Made by a program: the position numbers and the translations under genes. The notes beneath the pieces were generated by a model. That model had not been told where the DNA came from, ran no database searches, and saw only the letters and a program-made list of their open reading frames with translations. A stretch of 64,000 bases of DNA from a virus, in the IMG/VR virus record IMGVR_UViG_3300045988_137032, positions 1-64,000 of that record; one strand, given 5' to 3'. Below are positions 36,608-46,023 of the stretch, one piece after another; position 1 is the first letter of the stretch; every line of letters begins with the position of its first letter.

Positions 36608-37360
36608 ATGAGCGATTATGGTTACACCCCGAATGATATTTCTTATGAGGAGTTTCTTTCGGAAGCTCCTCTGGATTTAATCAAGGAAAGCATCAGAACC
36701 CAATTCTCAGATCCAATCGATTATAATAAAAAGGACTATATCGCATCCTTCATCAACATGTACAAGTACTCTGAGGAGAAAGCAAGTGCATTTGAAGATG
36801 AGGATACCGATAGCATCCATTATCTCCGTGATAATTTCTATGCATTCATGATGTCCATGTTTTCGAAGAAGCTTGGTGTTGGAATCAATGATTTCGATGA
36901 GATGAGCATGGATGATCAGGATGAAATGATTCATTACGTTTACAGATTCTTCCTGAGTAATTGCAAGAAGAATTTCACAAATATCGTAATGAATCACATC
37001 GAAGAAAATCATGATGTTTATGCATCTATTGCAGATGATGAAGAAGATGTCACTAAGAATTCCATGAAGCGATATGTGGATGACCCTGCTGATGTATATG
37101 TGCTGAGTCATCTTCGTGAAATCATTCAAGAAGCTTTGAATGGCGACATGGATGTTGACGAATTCCTTGATCAGTGTGATAGCACAGAAGATCCTTGTCT
37201 TGAAACTGCTTTCGTCAGAAATAAGTATGAAGACTTTACTCTGACTGGTAATTTCGTTCCTCTGTATTTTGATCTCACTGATTACAAAGACTTCTTAACA
37301 GAAGTTGAGTCTAAAGTACGACATAAAATCCTTAAGAAGTATAATAAAAAGAAGGATTGA
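36608..37360 (+). CDS. hypothetical acidic protein
   Basis: 250-aa ORF with an AAAGGA RBS. Confidence 0.75.
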   Translation: MSDYGYTPNDISYEEFLSEAPLDLIKESIRTQFSDPIDYNKKDYIASFINMYKYSEEKASAFEDEDTDSIHYLRDNFYAFMMSMFSKKLGVGINDFDEMSMDDQDEMIHYVYRFFLSNCKKNFTNIVMNHIEENHDVYASIADDEEDVTKNSMKRYVDDPADVYVLSHLREIIQEALNGDMDVDEFLDQCDSTEDPCLETAFVRNKYEDFTLTGNFVPLYFDLTDYKDFLTEVESKVRHKILKKYNKKKD

Positions 37361-37441
37361 TTTTTTGTCATATTCGAGGTTACATGTACGTAATTTCGAG
37401 ACCACAACACTTGAAACACATTTCAAAAGGAGATTTTAATT

Positions 37442-38149
37442 ATGGCTTATAACAACAATAATCGTCGTAGTGTTTCCACTAACATCAAGACTCTTTACGG
37501 AGACACTGCATCTATGAGTCTGTCTTACTGGAATGATATGATTTCCATTAAGATGAATCCTTGCACTGGTACCAACGCAGATGGCGTTCGTCAGTACGAT
37601 CGTAACCGTAGTTTCTCCACTGCTCTGTCCATTCAGAAGTCCAAGGCTCTCGTTGACCTGATCGAGGAGAATATTCTGCCTCTGATTAAGAGTGTCTCTG
37701 AGGGAAATAAGCTTGAGCATCCTGTTAACGTGGCAGTTCAGTGTGGTGTTAAGAAGGCTATGGTCATTATTCAGTACAGCAATGATGATCGTGGCAAGCC
37801 GTTCGTTTGCCTGTACGGTTACACCTCCAGCAACGATGACGGTACTTGCGAGCAGCAGAATATGTACGCTTACAAGTTTGGTAAGACCAACGTCATCAAG
37901 AACTACAATCCGAACACTGGTGAGGGTGATGTAGTTCAGGTGGAGTCTGAGTTTGAGTTCTTCTACAACGTCCTGAAGAATCAGGCCAGTGCATTTGGTG
38001 CAGCCAGCCACTCTAACAGTTACTTCACTTCTTGGAGCAATGGTGGTGACAATGGTAACCACGGCAATGCGCCTTCTAACTACGGCAACAATTTCCCCAC
38101 CAGCAATGGCGGTAATTCCGACACGTCTGGCGACGATATGCCCTTCTAA
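37442..38149 (+). CDS. ssb: single-stranded DNA-binding protein (SSB-like)
   Basis: A Gly/Asn-rich linker ends in the acidic tip SGDDMPF, matching the canonical SSB C-terminal D-D-D-I-P-F-type tail. Codon bias is of the high-expression type. The gene sits next to replication genes. Confidence 0.6.
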   Translation: MAYNNNNRRSVSTNIKTLYGDTASMSLSYWNDMISIKMNPCTGTNADGVRQYDRNRSFSTALSIQKSKALVDLIEENILPLIKSVSEGNKLEHPVNVAVQCGVKKAMVIIQYSNDDRGKPFVCLYGYTSSNDDGTCEQQNMYAYKFGKTNVIKNYNPNTGEGDVVQVESEFEFFYNVLKNQASAFGAASHSNSYFTSWSNGGDNGNHGNAPSNYGNNFPTSNGGNSDTSGDDMPF

Positions 38150-38165
38150 ATAATTCTGATATCTT

Positions 38166-38214
38166 AAAGGCTATCACACACTTATATAGAGTGCTGTGAT
38201 AGCCTTTTATTTTA
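38166..38214 (+). terminator. intrinsic terminator after ssb
   Basis: Stem AAAGGCTATCACA/TGTGATAGCCTTT followed by a T-run. Confidence 0.8.
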
Positions 38215-38233
38215 TAGGAAAGGAATGATACAC

Positions 38234-38989
38234 ATGGCGGAAGGAGCACAATCAGTATTTTTAAATTCTGATTATGTCGTAATCCAGTATATTGATATGA
38301 TTAAATCACCATATCTCGTACTACTTGATATTATCAGAACGAATCCGAATCTGAGAGAAGTCCTTAAGATTGAAGAGATTGAAACTTTCGATACTGCTGC
38401 TCTTTATGAGTGGTATGTAAATAGAAAGCATCAGAATTTCTTCATTGATTTAAACCGTGATCGTGAGAAGTATCCAGATGAATTCATGGATGGTTTACTT
38501 GCAGATCAAATGTGCCTGGCAAAAGAATTCTATACGAATACCAATATGCTCTGTACTGAATTCATGCTCAAATTCTTAAAGAGTAAGAATGATATGGTGA
38601 AAGATGTCATTATCTATTTCCCATTCAATACTCCTTATGCAAAAGAAGATTTGAGAGAGAATATCGGACATAGCTTTACTTTCATGAGTGACTTTGATGA
38701 GATTTGTAAGAAGTGTGGTAGTAACTGCACTTACTTCTTATCTGATATTGATCTCATTAATCGTATGGAGAAAAATAAAGTACTTGAATTTTCTTCTGTT
38801 ATTCTTCCGATTGAATATCGGTATAATAAGAAGAATATGAATGACTTCAAAATTGACTTCGATAAGAAGTTGAAAGATGTTGTATTTAAGCTCTCTTTCA
38901 TGAGAGCATGTACTGTTGAAGATCATGACAATGGATCTTTTGATAGAACGGATGTGAATCTGAATACCTATCAGAATCCAGTCATGTAA
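38234..38989 (+). CDS. hypothetical protein
   Basis: Start moved to the ATG at 38234, which has GGAAAGGA upstream. Confidence 0.7.
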   Translation: MAEGAQSVFLNSDYVVIQYIDMIKSPYLVLLDIIRTNPNLREVLKIEEIETFDTAALYEWYVNRKHQNFFIDLNRDREKYPDEFMDGLLADQMCLAKEFYTNTNMLCTEFMLKFLKSKNDMVKDVIIYFPFNTPYAKEDLRENIGHSFTFMSDFDEICKKCGSNCTYFLSDIDLINRMEKNKVLEFSSVILPIEYRYNKKNMNDFKIDFDKKLKDVVFKLSFMRACTVEDHDNGSFDRTDVNLNTYQNPVM

Positions 38990-39026
38990 CACAACCATAA
39001 TCAAAAACCATAGGAGGTATTACCAA

Positions 39027-41114
39027 ATGAATCGAGAAGATATGGATTTTGGCAGAGGTGATCTGAAGTTTGCACCTCTGATCAATGTGTACTCCAAGGA
39101 AGAATTCGATAAGCGAGTCAAGAAGGTATTCGACGTAATCTGGGATAAGCTTGTTATGTCGTTCGGCCCTGCTGGTGCTGGTACTTTCATTGTCATTCCT
39201 TCCTCTACTCAGTCTACCTTCTTTAACACGAAGGATGGCTATACCATCATGAAGAATCTTCAGTTCAATACGAAGATTGATCATACCATCAAGAATATGA
39301 TGTCGACTATCTGTGATCGACTGAACTTCACTGTTGGTGATGGTACTACTACCGCAGTTGTCGCAACTGGCGGTGTTTACAACTCCTATATGGAAATGAA
39401 GAAGAATCCTGATAGTGAACTGAATCGGGTTCTTCCTCGTAAGATCATGTCTATGATGGATACCGTTAAGAATGATATTATCAATGAGCTGAATAGCCAT
39501 GCAGTTTCTATTCAGTCTGATAACCAAACTACCCTTGCAGAGAATATCCGCAAGGTCGTATACGTATCTTCTAACGGTAATGAAGAAATCACGGATATGA
39601 TTTCTAAGCTTTACTATAAGCTTCAGTATCCGGCAATCTCCGTGGCTAACTCTAAGGATGGTTCTACCCATGCTTATACCGTGGATGGCTACAAGATTGA
39701 TGTTTCCCTTACTGATCAGTCTTATATCAACAGCGATGACAATACCATGATTTCTGGTGGTATGGACTACATCATCTTCGATAATAAGGTCGACCAGCAG
39801 ATTTACGATAAGATTCTGAAGCCTCTGTGTGATGCATCTAAGCAGCGTGGTCGTAAACTTGCATGTATTGCACCTTGGTACGATGATGTTGCTCTCGGTG
39901 GTCCGATTCGTCGTGATCTTCTGAATGAGCTGAAGCAAACCGGATCTATTTCTCTGGTTCTGCTTGTCTGCAATAAGACAAATGCATATGCCCGTACTCT
40001 GTTGAGTGACTTTGCTATGCTGCTGAATACTCCCATCATTACTCGTGTAGTGAAGGATCAGATTCTGGAAGAGCTGGATAAGAATCCCGATATCTATTCT
40101 CAGTTTGATATGGATAATCGTAATATTGAGGGTATCAATATTGCAGTGAAGAATCCTATTGCTGGTTTGGACAGTAATCAGCTGGAACTCCGTCTCACTC
40201 AGTATAATAAGGAGACTACTCCTGCTCAGCTGATCTTCAATCGTGACAAGAAGAATCTTATTCGTGTTGGTTATTGCGATAAGGCAGTTATCGGCATGAA
40301 AGAATCTACTTTCTCTGGATTTTTCTATGATCCGGACATGTATGAGAAGACTCTGTCAGTTGCAAAGGCTGAGCTTGCTGATGAGAAGGCAAAGCTTCAG
40401 ATGATTGGTTCTTTCAGCCTTGGTGTTGTTGAGAAGCAGCAGCGTATCAATGCACTTGGTCTGAAGACTGGTGTCATTGAAGTTGGTGCAGCTTCTCAGA
40501 TGTCTCAGGGTTATTTGAAGGACTCTGTGGATGATGCTGTTAAGGCAGCGGCTTCTGCATTCAATAATGGTGTAGTTCTTGGATGTAATTGCAGTCTGAT
40601 TGATTCCATTAAGAATCTTATTGATAAGCAGCCTGCTTCTAAGGACGGTATTGTATCCGATGAAAATAAGCTGTATTATGAGATTCTCAATATGCTGTAT
40701 AACGGTTACGTTACCGTGTATCAGACTATTCTCAATAGTATCTATCCTGAGGGTGCTGTTATCAACATGGATTTCTACACTAAGAATGCTGAGTTTGCGA
40801 AGAAGGAAGGCACTTCTCATATCATCGCATATATCGACGATAAGACTCATCGTACCATTTCTGTGAATCGTCGAGTTGCTGATCGTATCTTCAAAAAGAT
40901 GAGTAAGCAGGCTTTGGATGATACTCCGGATACGGTTCCTCTGATCTGGTTTGTGCTTGAGTATTCTCGTGTTACCAATACGGTGCTTGATGTAACTACC
41001 GGTGAATTCACTTCGGATGTTATCAACTCTACTGAAACTGATCGTGAAGTTCTCAATGCAACTGTCGATCTTCTTAGCCTTCTGATTACTGGTAATCAGC
41101 TGGTTCTCTGCTAA
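39027..41114 (+). CDS. phage-encoded GroEL-like (group I-type) chaperonin, 695 aa
   Basis: The N-terminal equatorial-domain pattern reads SFGPAGAGTFIV..NTKDGYTIMKNL..TVGDGTTTAVVATGG, which includes the GDGTTT nucleotide-binding motif. There is a GGAGG RBS, and the terminator at 41121..41168 follows. Confidence 0.8.
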   Translation: MNREDMDFGRGDLKFAPLINVYSKEEFDKRVKKVFDVIWDKLVMSFGPAGAGTFIVIPSSTQSTFFNTKDGYTIMKNLQFNTKIDHTIKNMMSTICDRLNFTVGDGTTTAVVATGGVYNSYMEMKKNPDSELNRVLPRKIMSMMDTVKNDIINELNSHAVSIQSDNQTTLAENIRKVVYVSSNGNEEITDMISKLYYKLQYPAISVANSKDGSTHAYTVDGYKIDVSLTDQSYINSDDNTMISGGMDYIIFDNKVDQQIYDKILKPLCDASKQRGRKLACIAPWYDDVALGGPIRRDLLNELKQTGSISLVLLVCNKTNAYARTLLSDFAMLLNTPIITRVVKDQILEELDKNPDIYSQFDMDNRNIEGINIAVKNPIAGLDSNQLELRLTQYNKETTPAQLIFNRDKKNLIRVGYCDKAVIGMKESTFSGFFYDPDMYEKTLSVAKAELADEKAKLQMIGSFSLGVVEKQQRINALGLKTGVIEVGAASQMSQGYLKDSVDDAVKAAASAFNNGVVLGCNCSLIDSIKNLIDKQPASKDGIVSDENKLYYEILNMLYNGYVTVYQTILNSIYPEGAVINMDFYTKNAEFAKKEGTSHIIAYIDDKTHRTISVNRRVADRIFKKMSKQALDDTPDTVPLIWFVLEYSRVTNTVLDVTTGEFTSDVINSTETDREVLNATVDLLSLLITGNQLVLC

Positions 41115-41120
41115 TGCATT

Positions 41121-41168
41121 AAAAGAGCAGGTATTCATGAACAAAATGAATACCTGCTCTTTATTTTT
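41121..41168 (+). terminator. intrinsic terminator after the chaperonin gene
   Basis: 17-bp stem AAAGAGCAGGTATTCAT/ATGAATACCTGCTCTTT followed by a T-run. Confidence 0.85.
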
Positions 41169-41247
41169 ATAAAGGCAATTACAACCGAATAAGTTAATTA
41201 TTGTTATCTCGTCTATATTTTTATCCCTAGAAAGGTGATGAGACAAT

Positions 41248-42126
41248 ATGGAATCCTTAAGTGTATCTACGCAAACTTTGGAGCAATTTTTGGAAGCTCC
41301 TTTTTATCAGAAAGACACACAGCAGAAACACCTTATGTATGAATCCCGATATCAAGCGTATCGGAAAGCAAATCGTATTCGTATTAAATCAGTTGTCGAA
41401 GTAGATCATAACTATTTTATTCTTTTTAATGTCCCATCCGAAACTGCTAAAGAGAAATTTGACTATGATGTCGTAATTCAATTTACCCCACCGGATAATG
41501 ATCATGCAATGAGCCCTTCTTTAAGACAGTACTGGGTGCAGTTCTTCTCGAATAGTCCTGGATTTGTCTATAAGTATGCAGCTCTTTATAAACTTCAAGG
41601 TTACTTGATTGAAACTTTACAGATGAAGTTTGCTCCAGGTACTCTGGATACACTTCCTGATAAAGCTAATTCAAATTACACCCTGTATTTCGATTCCAGT
41701 ATCTATTATGCATGCCGATTCATGATTGATAATAAGCTCACTTATTTCAATAAGATCGCTTTGACTTTCTGGAAACGAAATAAGTTTTCTCAGTTCGTTG
41801 ATAATATTAGAGATTTCCAATCTTCACAAGCTGCCCGTAATGGAGGCGGTACTGTAGAGTTGGACTCTAAGATCAAAACTGAGATCAATAAAGATCGTAA
41901 GCTTTCCAATGTGGAACGTCATAAGTTAGCTTCTCGTAGTAAAGTATATTCGGATCAGATAAAAAAGAAAGATAAGCTTGAGAAGAAAGTTGCTAAGATG
42001 AGCACGGACAAAGATGCTCCTCCCAGTATCGTACGTCCTGTCAAGTCTACTTCTCAAGTTCATACAACAACGAAAGTGAATCCTACCAAAAAGAAAACAG
42101 CATCCAAATCAACAAGGCGAAAATGA
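41248..42126 (+). CDS. hypothetical protein with Lys/Thr-rich basic C-terminal tail
   Basis: 292-aa ORF with an AGAAAGGTG RBS. Confidence 0.75.
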   Translation: MESLSVSTQTLEQFLEAPFYQKDTQQKHLMYESRYQAYRKANRIRIKSVVEVDHNYFILFNVPSETAKEKFDYDVVIQFTPPDNDHAMSPSLRQYWVQFFSNSPGFVYKYAALYKLQGYLIETLQMKFAPGTLDTLPDKANSNYTLYFDSSIYYACRFMIDNKLTYFNKIALTFWKRNKFSQFVDNIRDFQSSQAARNGGGTVELDSKIKTEINKDRKLSNVERHKLASRSKVYSDQIKKKDKLEKKVAKMSTDKDAPPSIVRPVKSTSQVHTTTKVNPTKKKTASKSTRRK

Positions 42127-42212
42127 TTTTTTACTAACACGCTCAGTGAATGATATGTTATATACTTGGGCACGTTAGTATAACTGAATTTTTTGAGAGG
42201 AGAGACCATTCA

Positions 42213-43907
42213 ATGAACACAGACAGCAAGACAACTGAAACGGCCGTAAGTGCGACTTCGTTACGACCGAAGTTCCCGAATATCCCTCGGTCTGAGTGGA
42301 CCGAGAAAACCGCACCCAAAGCACCAATTACTCAGTGGAAACCTAAGCGCGATAAAAGTGATCTTTATTCGGAAGCAGATGGAAGAGTATTTATCTTCCA
42401 TTTTGAGAAGTTTGACTTACCTGATAAGGTAGCAACTTACGATCGATTCTTCGTGAATAAGTTGTCTTACGGTAGTCAGCTTCCTACAATCTGCTCCTAT
42501 ATCAATTACTTCATTAAGAAGTATGATTTGGATCATGAAATTCCCACAGCATATCTGAAGCTCAAGTTCTCCATTGATAAACTGGTCGATGAGGATACTG
42601 GACTGAACGTCTATAATGAAGAAACGATGGATCAGTTCATTAGTCTCATCTATGAAGTGATGTTCACCCCGACAGTTGTTGACAAGATCAAACGATTGGT
42701 TGAAGATAACTATCTGGATGACATTGAGTCTACGGATAATTCTCGTTATCTGAAAGATTCTAAGAAGCATCTTGAAAGTCTTGAATTCAGAAATATCCAT
42801 GTGAAAGTGATGCTTCGCATTAGTTTTGGTATGAAGCTGATTGCCCCCGTTATGTGCCACTTCTTCTACGTGAACCATATGAAACCGGAGCGAGACAGTG
42901 ACGTTATCTATAACTTCTATGCCAGACTCTTTGATCTGTTCAATGAGCCGGGTATGAGCCTTTATAACAAACTCTTCGTTTATGTCAAAGCGAAGGTTCT
43001 GGAGAATAAGTCTCATAATACCGTGATCTTTGAGCAGCGTGAGATTCTCGGCTGGGATGGTTATGTCGTCATTAATTCCTTCCTTCGTAAGGTTCTGATC
43101 AGTGAAACGATCATCAAGTATACGTTCAGTGAGCACTATAGCCCGAAGACGAAGAAATACCAAGAGAATATCATCGGCTTCAACAAAACGATTATCAAAT
43201 ATCAGTTGATGTACTTCTTGAAAGAGCAGTATGCGAAGAACATGACTGAAGTAACATCCACAAAGAACACCGACGGATTGTCCGGACAGGATAAGATGGA
43301 GATGAACCTCACCAAGATTGATGAGGGCATGGTTGTTATTGCGGATGCAAACATCTCTTCCGAAATCGAACGCTTGAGAAGAGAAATCGATTTCGACATC
43401 ACTGATGATGAAATCAATTATTATGTGAAGAACCATAGTCCGTCTCCTCTGCAAGTCCAGATGGTATATTCCTACTGGGCAAAGGACTTTGGTGTCTATC
43501 GCAATATGAGCCTCGCAAGTCGTGTCGAATACACGATTCTTATGCTTATCCTGAAAAAGCGTTTGCTTATCAATGCTGGTAATTCTGAGGATAGTGTCAC
43601 AAATACTTGTGCACTGGCTTACATCATTTCCGGTAACGTGAATGGTACCGTGAATACCAGACAGATTCGCAAGAGTCGCTTTGTCGATAAGGTTGAGAAG
43701 AGTGCTCTCTACAAAGATTTGTGTGAGAATAAGTATAGTCAGCTCATTTCGATTCGTCCTGAATACATCAAAGAAATCCTCTCGAAGTTTATCAATACTT
43801 CCTTTACCTATGTGGTTTACGAAGCTCCTGATCTGTTAGGTCAACCTATTGAATACGATGAGGATACCATTTCTGATGAGCTGCTCTTCTTCCTCAAGAG
43901 CATTTAA
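42213..43907 (+). CDS. hypothetical protein
   Basis: Start moved to the ATG at 42213 (MNTDSK), which has GAGAGGAG upstream. The terminator at 43916..43956 follows. Confidence 0.75.
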   Translation: MNTDSKTTETAVSATSLRPKFPNIPRSEWTEKTAPKAPITQWKPKRDKSDLYSEADGRVFIFHFEKFDLPDKVATYDRFFVNKLSYGSQLPTICSYINYFIKKYDLDHEIPTAYLKLKFSIDKLVDEDTGLNVYNEETMDQFISLIYEVMFTPTVVDKIKRLVEDNYLDDIESTDNSRYLKDSKKHLESLEFRNIHVKVMLRISFGMKLIAPVMCHFFYVNHMKPERDSDVIYNFYARLFDLFNEPGMSLYNKLFVYVKAKVLENKSHNTVIFEQREILGWDGYVVINSFLRKVLISETIIKYTFSEHYSPKTKKYQENIIGFNKTIIKYQLMYFLKEQYAKNMTEVTSTKNTDGLSGQDKMEMNLTKIDEGMVVIADANISSEIERLRREIDFDITDDEINYYVKNHSPSPLQVQMVYSYWAKDFGVYRNMSLASRVEYTILMLILKKRLLINAGNSEDSVTNTCALAYIISGNVNGTVNTRQIRKSRFVDKVEKSALYKDLCENKYSQLISIRPEYIKEILSKFINTSFTYVVYEAPDLLGQPIEYDEDTISDELLFFLKSI

Positions 43908-43915
43908 CTAATATT

Positions 43916-43956
43916 ATCCACCAACTGTATTATCTCTTGCAGTTGGTGGATTTCTT
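43916..43956 (+). terminator. intrinsic terminator
   Basis: 12-bp stem ATCCACCAACTG/CAGTTGGTGGAT followed by TTTCTTC. Confidence 0.7.
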
Positions 43957-44037
43957 CATATAAGTTATACTAAGTTGCCCAAACTTGTATTGAATTATAT
44001 ATCATATATTTGAATAGATAGAAAGGTGAGTGATAGA

Positions 44038-44415
44038 ATGGTCAATCTATTCATACACGGATGGGAGATTGTGCCTATCTGGTTTAAGATAATCTTTATC
44101 TTTGCAGTGCTTAATGCCGCTTGGGACATATGCATGAAAGTCATAACTCGTATTGTCACATTTTATTTTGCAAAAGAACTCGTAAAAGAGAAACTAAAAT
44201 TTCTCATATCAAAACGAGATTTGATTCGAGACTGTATGATAGAGTACGGCTGGAAATGCTATGAAAAAGACAAAGTACGGTATTATGAATCAGGTCTGGT
44301 TAAAATGACGGAGATGGAACTTTTTAAAAATATCATGCGCAATAATTGTGCAAGTGATCCTTCGGAAGTCACGACAAGCATTGATTCCGCTAATAACAGC
44401 ACGAATACAAAATGA
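44038..44415 (+). CDS. small membrane protein, tandem paralog 1 of 4
   Basis: The ATG at 44038 follows AGAAAGGTG. An N-terminal TM helix is followed by a DCMIEYGWKCYEKD module. Confidence 0.7.
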   Translation: MVNLFIHGWEIVPIWFKIIFIFAVLNAAWDICMKVITRIVTFYFAKELVKEKLKFLISKRDLIRDCMIEYGWKCYEKDKVRYYESGLVKMTEMELFKNIMRNNCASDPSEVTTSIDSANNSTNTK

Positions 44416-44427
44416 AAGGATAATTGA

Positions 44428-44787
44428 ATGGAAATATATGGAAGAGTTTTCTGGTTTTTATTAGGCTCCTCGTTATTCATTTGCAGTCTAATGCTTCTTT
44501 TCATTGATCCTGTCACGGACTTCATGTGGAAGATTCACTGTATCAGGGTGGATAATAAACTGGAACGTCTTGTTCGTGACTACATGAAAGAATGTGGATG
44601 GAGGATCGTATGGGATAAGAGCATTCGTGGTTGGATGTGTATCAGTAGAAGTGGTTTTAGAATCACTTTGAAGAATGCATGTAACTACGTAAAAGATCAC
44701 AACGATGAAAACGATCCATATTATTGGGCAAACGATTTTATGGTGTGGAATTATGTGGACGAAAGGGATACTAAAAAATGGACTTAG
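44428..44787 (+). CDS. small membrane protein, tandem paralog 2 of 4
   Basis: An N-terminal TM helix is followed by VRDYMKECGWRIVWDKSIRGWMCISRSGFRITLKNACNYVKDH..YYWANDFMVWN. Confidence 0.75.
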   Translation: MEIYGRVFWFLLGSSLFICSLMLLFIDPVTDFMWKIHCIRVDNKLERLVRDYMKECGWRIVWDKSIRGWMCISRSGFRITLKNACNYVKDHNDENDPYYWANDFMVWNYVDERDTKKWT

Positions 44788-45185
44788 TATTGAAATGGAT
44801 CCTGGTTATCTATTTCGCGGTTCTCTTAATCATTATCACTGGATTCATATTTTCGTATCAGATATGTTTCGTAGTGATTTACATAGCAACCTTTATCAAG
44901 GATAAGGAGTTTAGAGACGCTGTAATATCCCTCCGTTTTAATTATTTTAAGCGGAGTATTCTTCTGTATAAATTTCATCGTCATGTACGGAGTTATTTAA
45001 AGCATGATGGATGGAAAATCGTTTGGGATATAAAAACCTTCAGGAGAGTATGCATCAGTAGAAGAGGATTTCGTATCCCTTTGAAAGATGCGTATTCATA
45101 TATCAGGAAACATGGAGATCCAATGGATATATTCTATTGGGGTGATGTGTTTGATCTGTGGAATCGTACGAGTGAGGAGATGTAG
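44778..45185 (+). CDS. small membrane protein, tandem paralog 3 of 4
   Basis: It overlaps the upstream stop by 10 nt. The conserved module reads VRSYLKHDGWKIVWDIKTFRRVCISRRGFRIPLKDAYSYIRKH..FYWGDVFDLWN. Confidence 0.75.
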   Translation: MDLVLKWILVIYFAVLLIIITGFIFSYQICFVVIYIATFIKDKEFRDAVISLRFNYFKRSILLYKFHRHVRSYLKHDGWKIVWDIKTFRRVCISRRGFRIPLKDAYSYIRKHGDPMDIFYWGDVFDLWNRTSEEM

Positions 45186-45187
45186 AA

Positions 45188-45448
45188 ATGATTGAATTGA
45201 ACGGGTACAATGTAACGGCGGCATTCATTATCGGAGCAGGAGCAATCGAACTCTACAAGCAGTGGAAGGTTGGTCATGACCTTGCTAAGATGTGCAAGGA
45301 AGAAATCTGTGAGTTCATGTCCAACCGTGGGTACAAAGTGCATACAGATAACTTCGGAGATACTTACTTCGTGAAGGACAGTAAGCTTTATACCTATAAG
45401 TACATTCATGATCTTGCCGGAGAGAATAAGCTCAACGAAATCTATTAA
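45188..45448 (+). CDS. small protein, divergent tandem paralog 4 of 4
   Basis: GAGGAG RBS. The module CEFMSNRGYKVHTDNFGDTYFVKDSKLYTYKYIHD resembles the conserved module of the three upstream genes. Confidence 0.65.
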   Translation: MIELNGYNVTAAFIIGAGAIELYKQWKVGHDLAKMCKEEICEFMSNRGYKVHTDNFGDTYFVKDSKLYTYKYIHDLAGENKLNEIY

Positions 45449-45531
45449 TTGATTTACTTGCTAACCTGTAAGTAATTACAGGGAAGCTTGTAATATAAGC
45501 AAATCAAATGAAACACAAAGGAGAAAGTATT

Positions 45532-45903
45532 ATGAACCTGACAGAGAAATTCAACGACCTCGAGCGGTATCAGCCCAACCAGCTTTGGATGATGAAGGAT
45601 GGTAGCCTGTTCTTCGTCACTGGTATCGATCCCATCAGCAAACTCCGTACGTCCAACAAAGAGCGTACTGTCTCTGGCCGTAAGGTTAAACCCCGTTCTC
45701 AGGACAAGACTCTGAGCGATGACCTCGTGATGTTCACTGAGCCTCAGAGTGGTGTCGTCTATCAGATGGACATCCGTTCCACCATCAGCATGTCCATGAA
45801 GGATATGCGCAACAATGAGGCTGCATACATTGCAACTCTCACTTCCTCTCTGCTGGATAAGATCAATCGCCAGCTGAACGATTACAACCAGAACAACTGG
45901 TAA
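45532..45903 (+). CDS. hypothetical protein
   Basis: The ATG at 45532 lies 8 nt after AAAGGAG. Codon bias is C/G-ending. The terminator at 45916..45959 follows. Confidence 0.75.
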   Translation: MNLTEKFNDLERYQPNQLWMMKDGSLFFVTGIDPISKLRTSNKERTVSGRKVKPRSQDKTLSDDLVMFTEPQSGVVYQMDIRSTISMSMKDMRNNEAAYIATLTSSLLDKINRQLNDYNQNNW

Positions 45904-45915
45904 TTCCCTAGCATA

Positions 45916-45959
45916 AATAAGGAGTATGTGTACTGTGTTACACATACTCCTTATTTTTT
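45916..45959 (+). terminator. intrinsic terminator
   Basis: 17-bp stem AATAAGGAGTATGTGTA/TACACATACTCCTTATT followed by TTTTT. Confidence 0.85.
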
Positions 45960-46023
45960 GTATTGATACTGCCTAAAAACAAACTCTTAAGTCGATAACT
46001 CTAAAGTAAAGGAGATGAGACAA

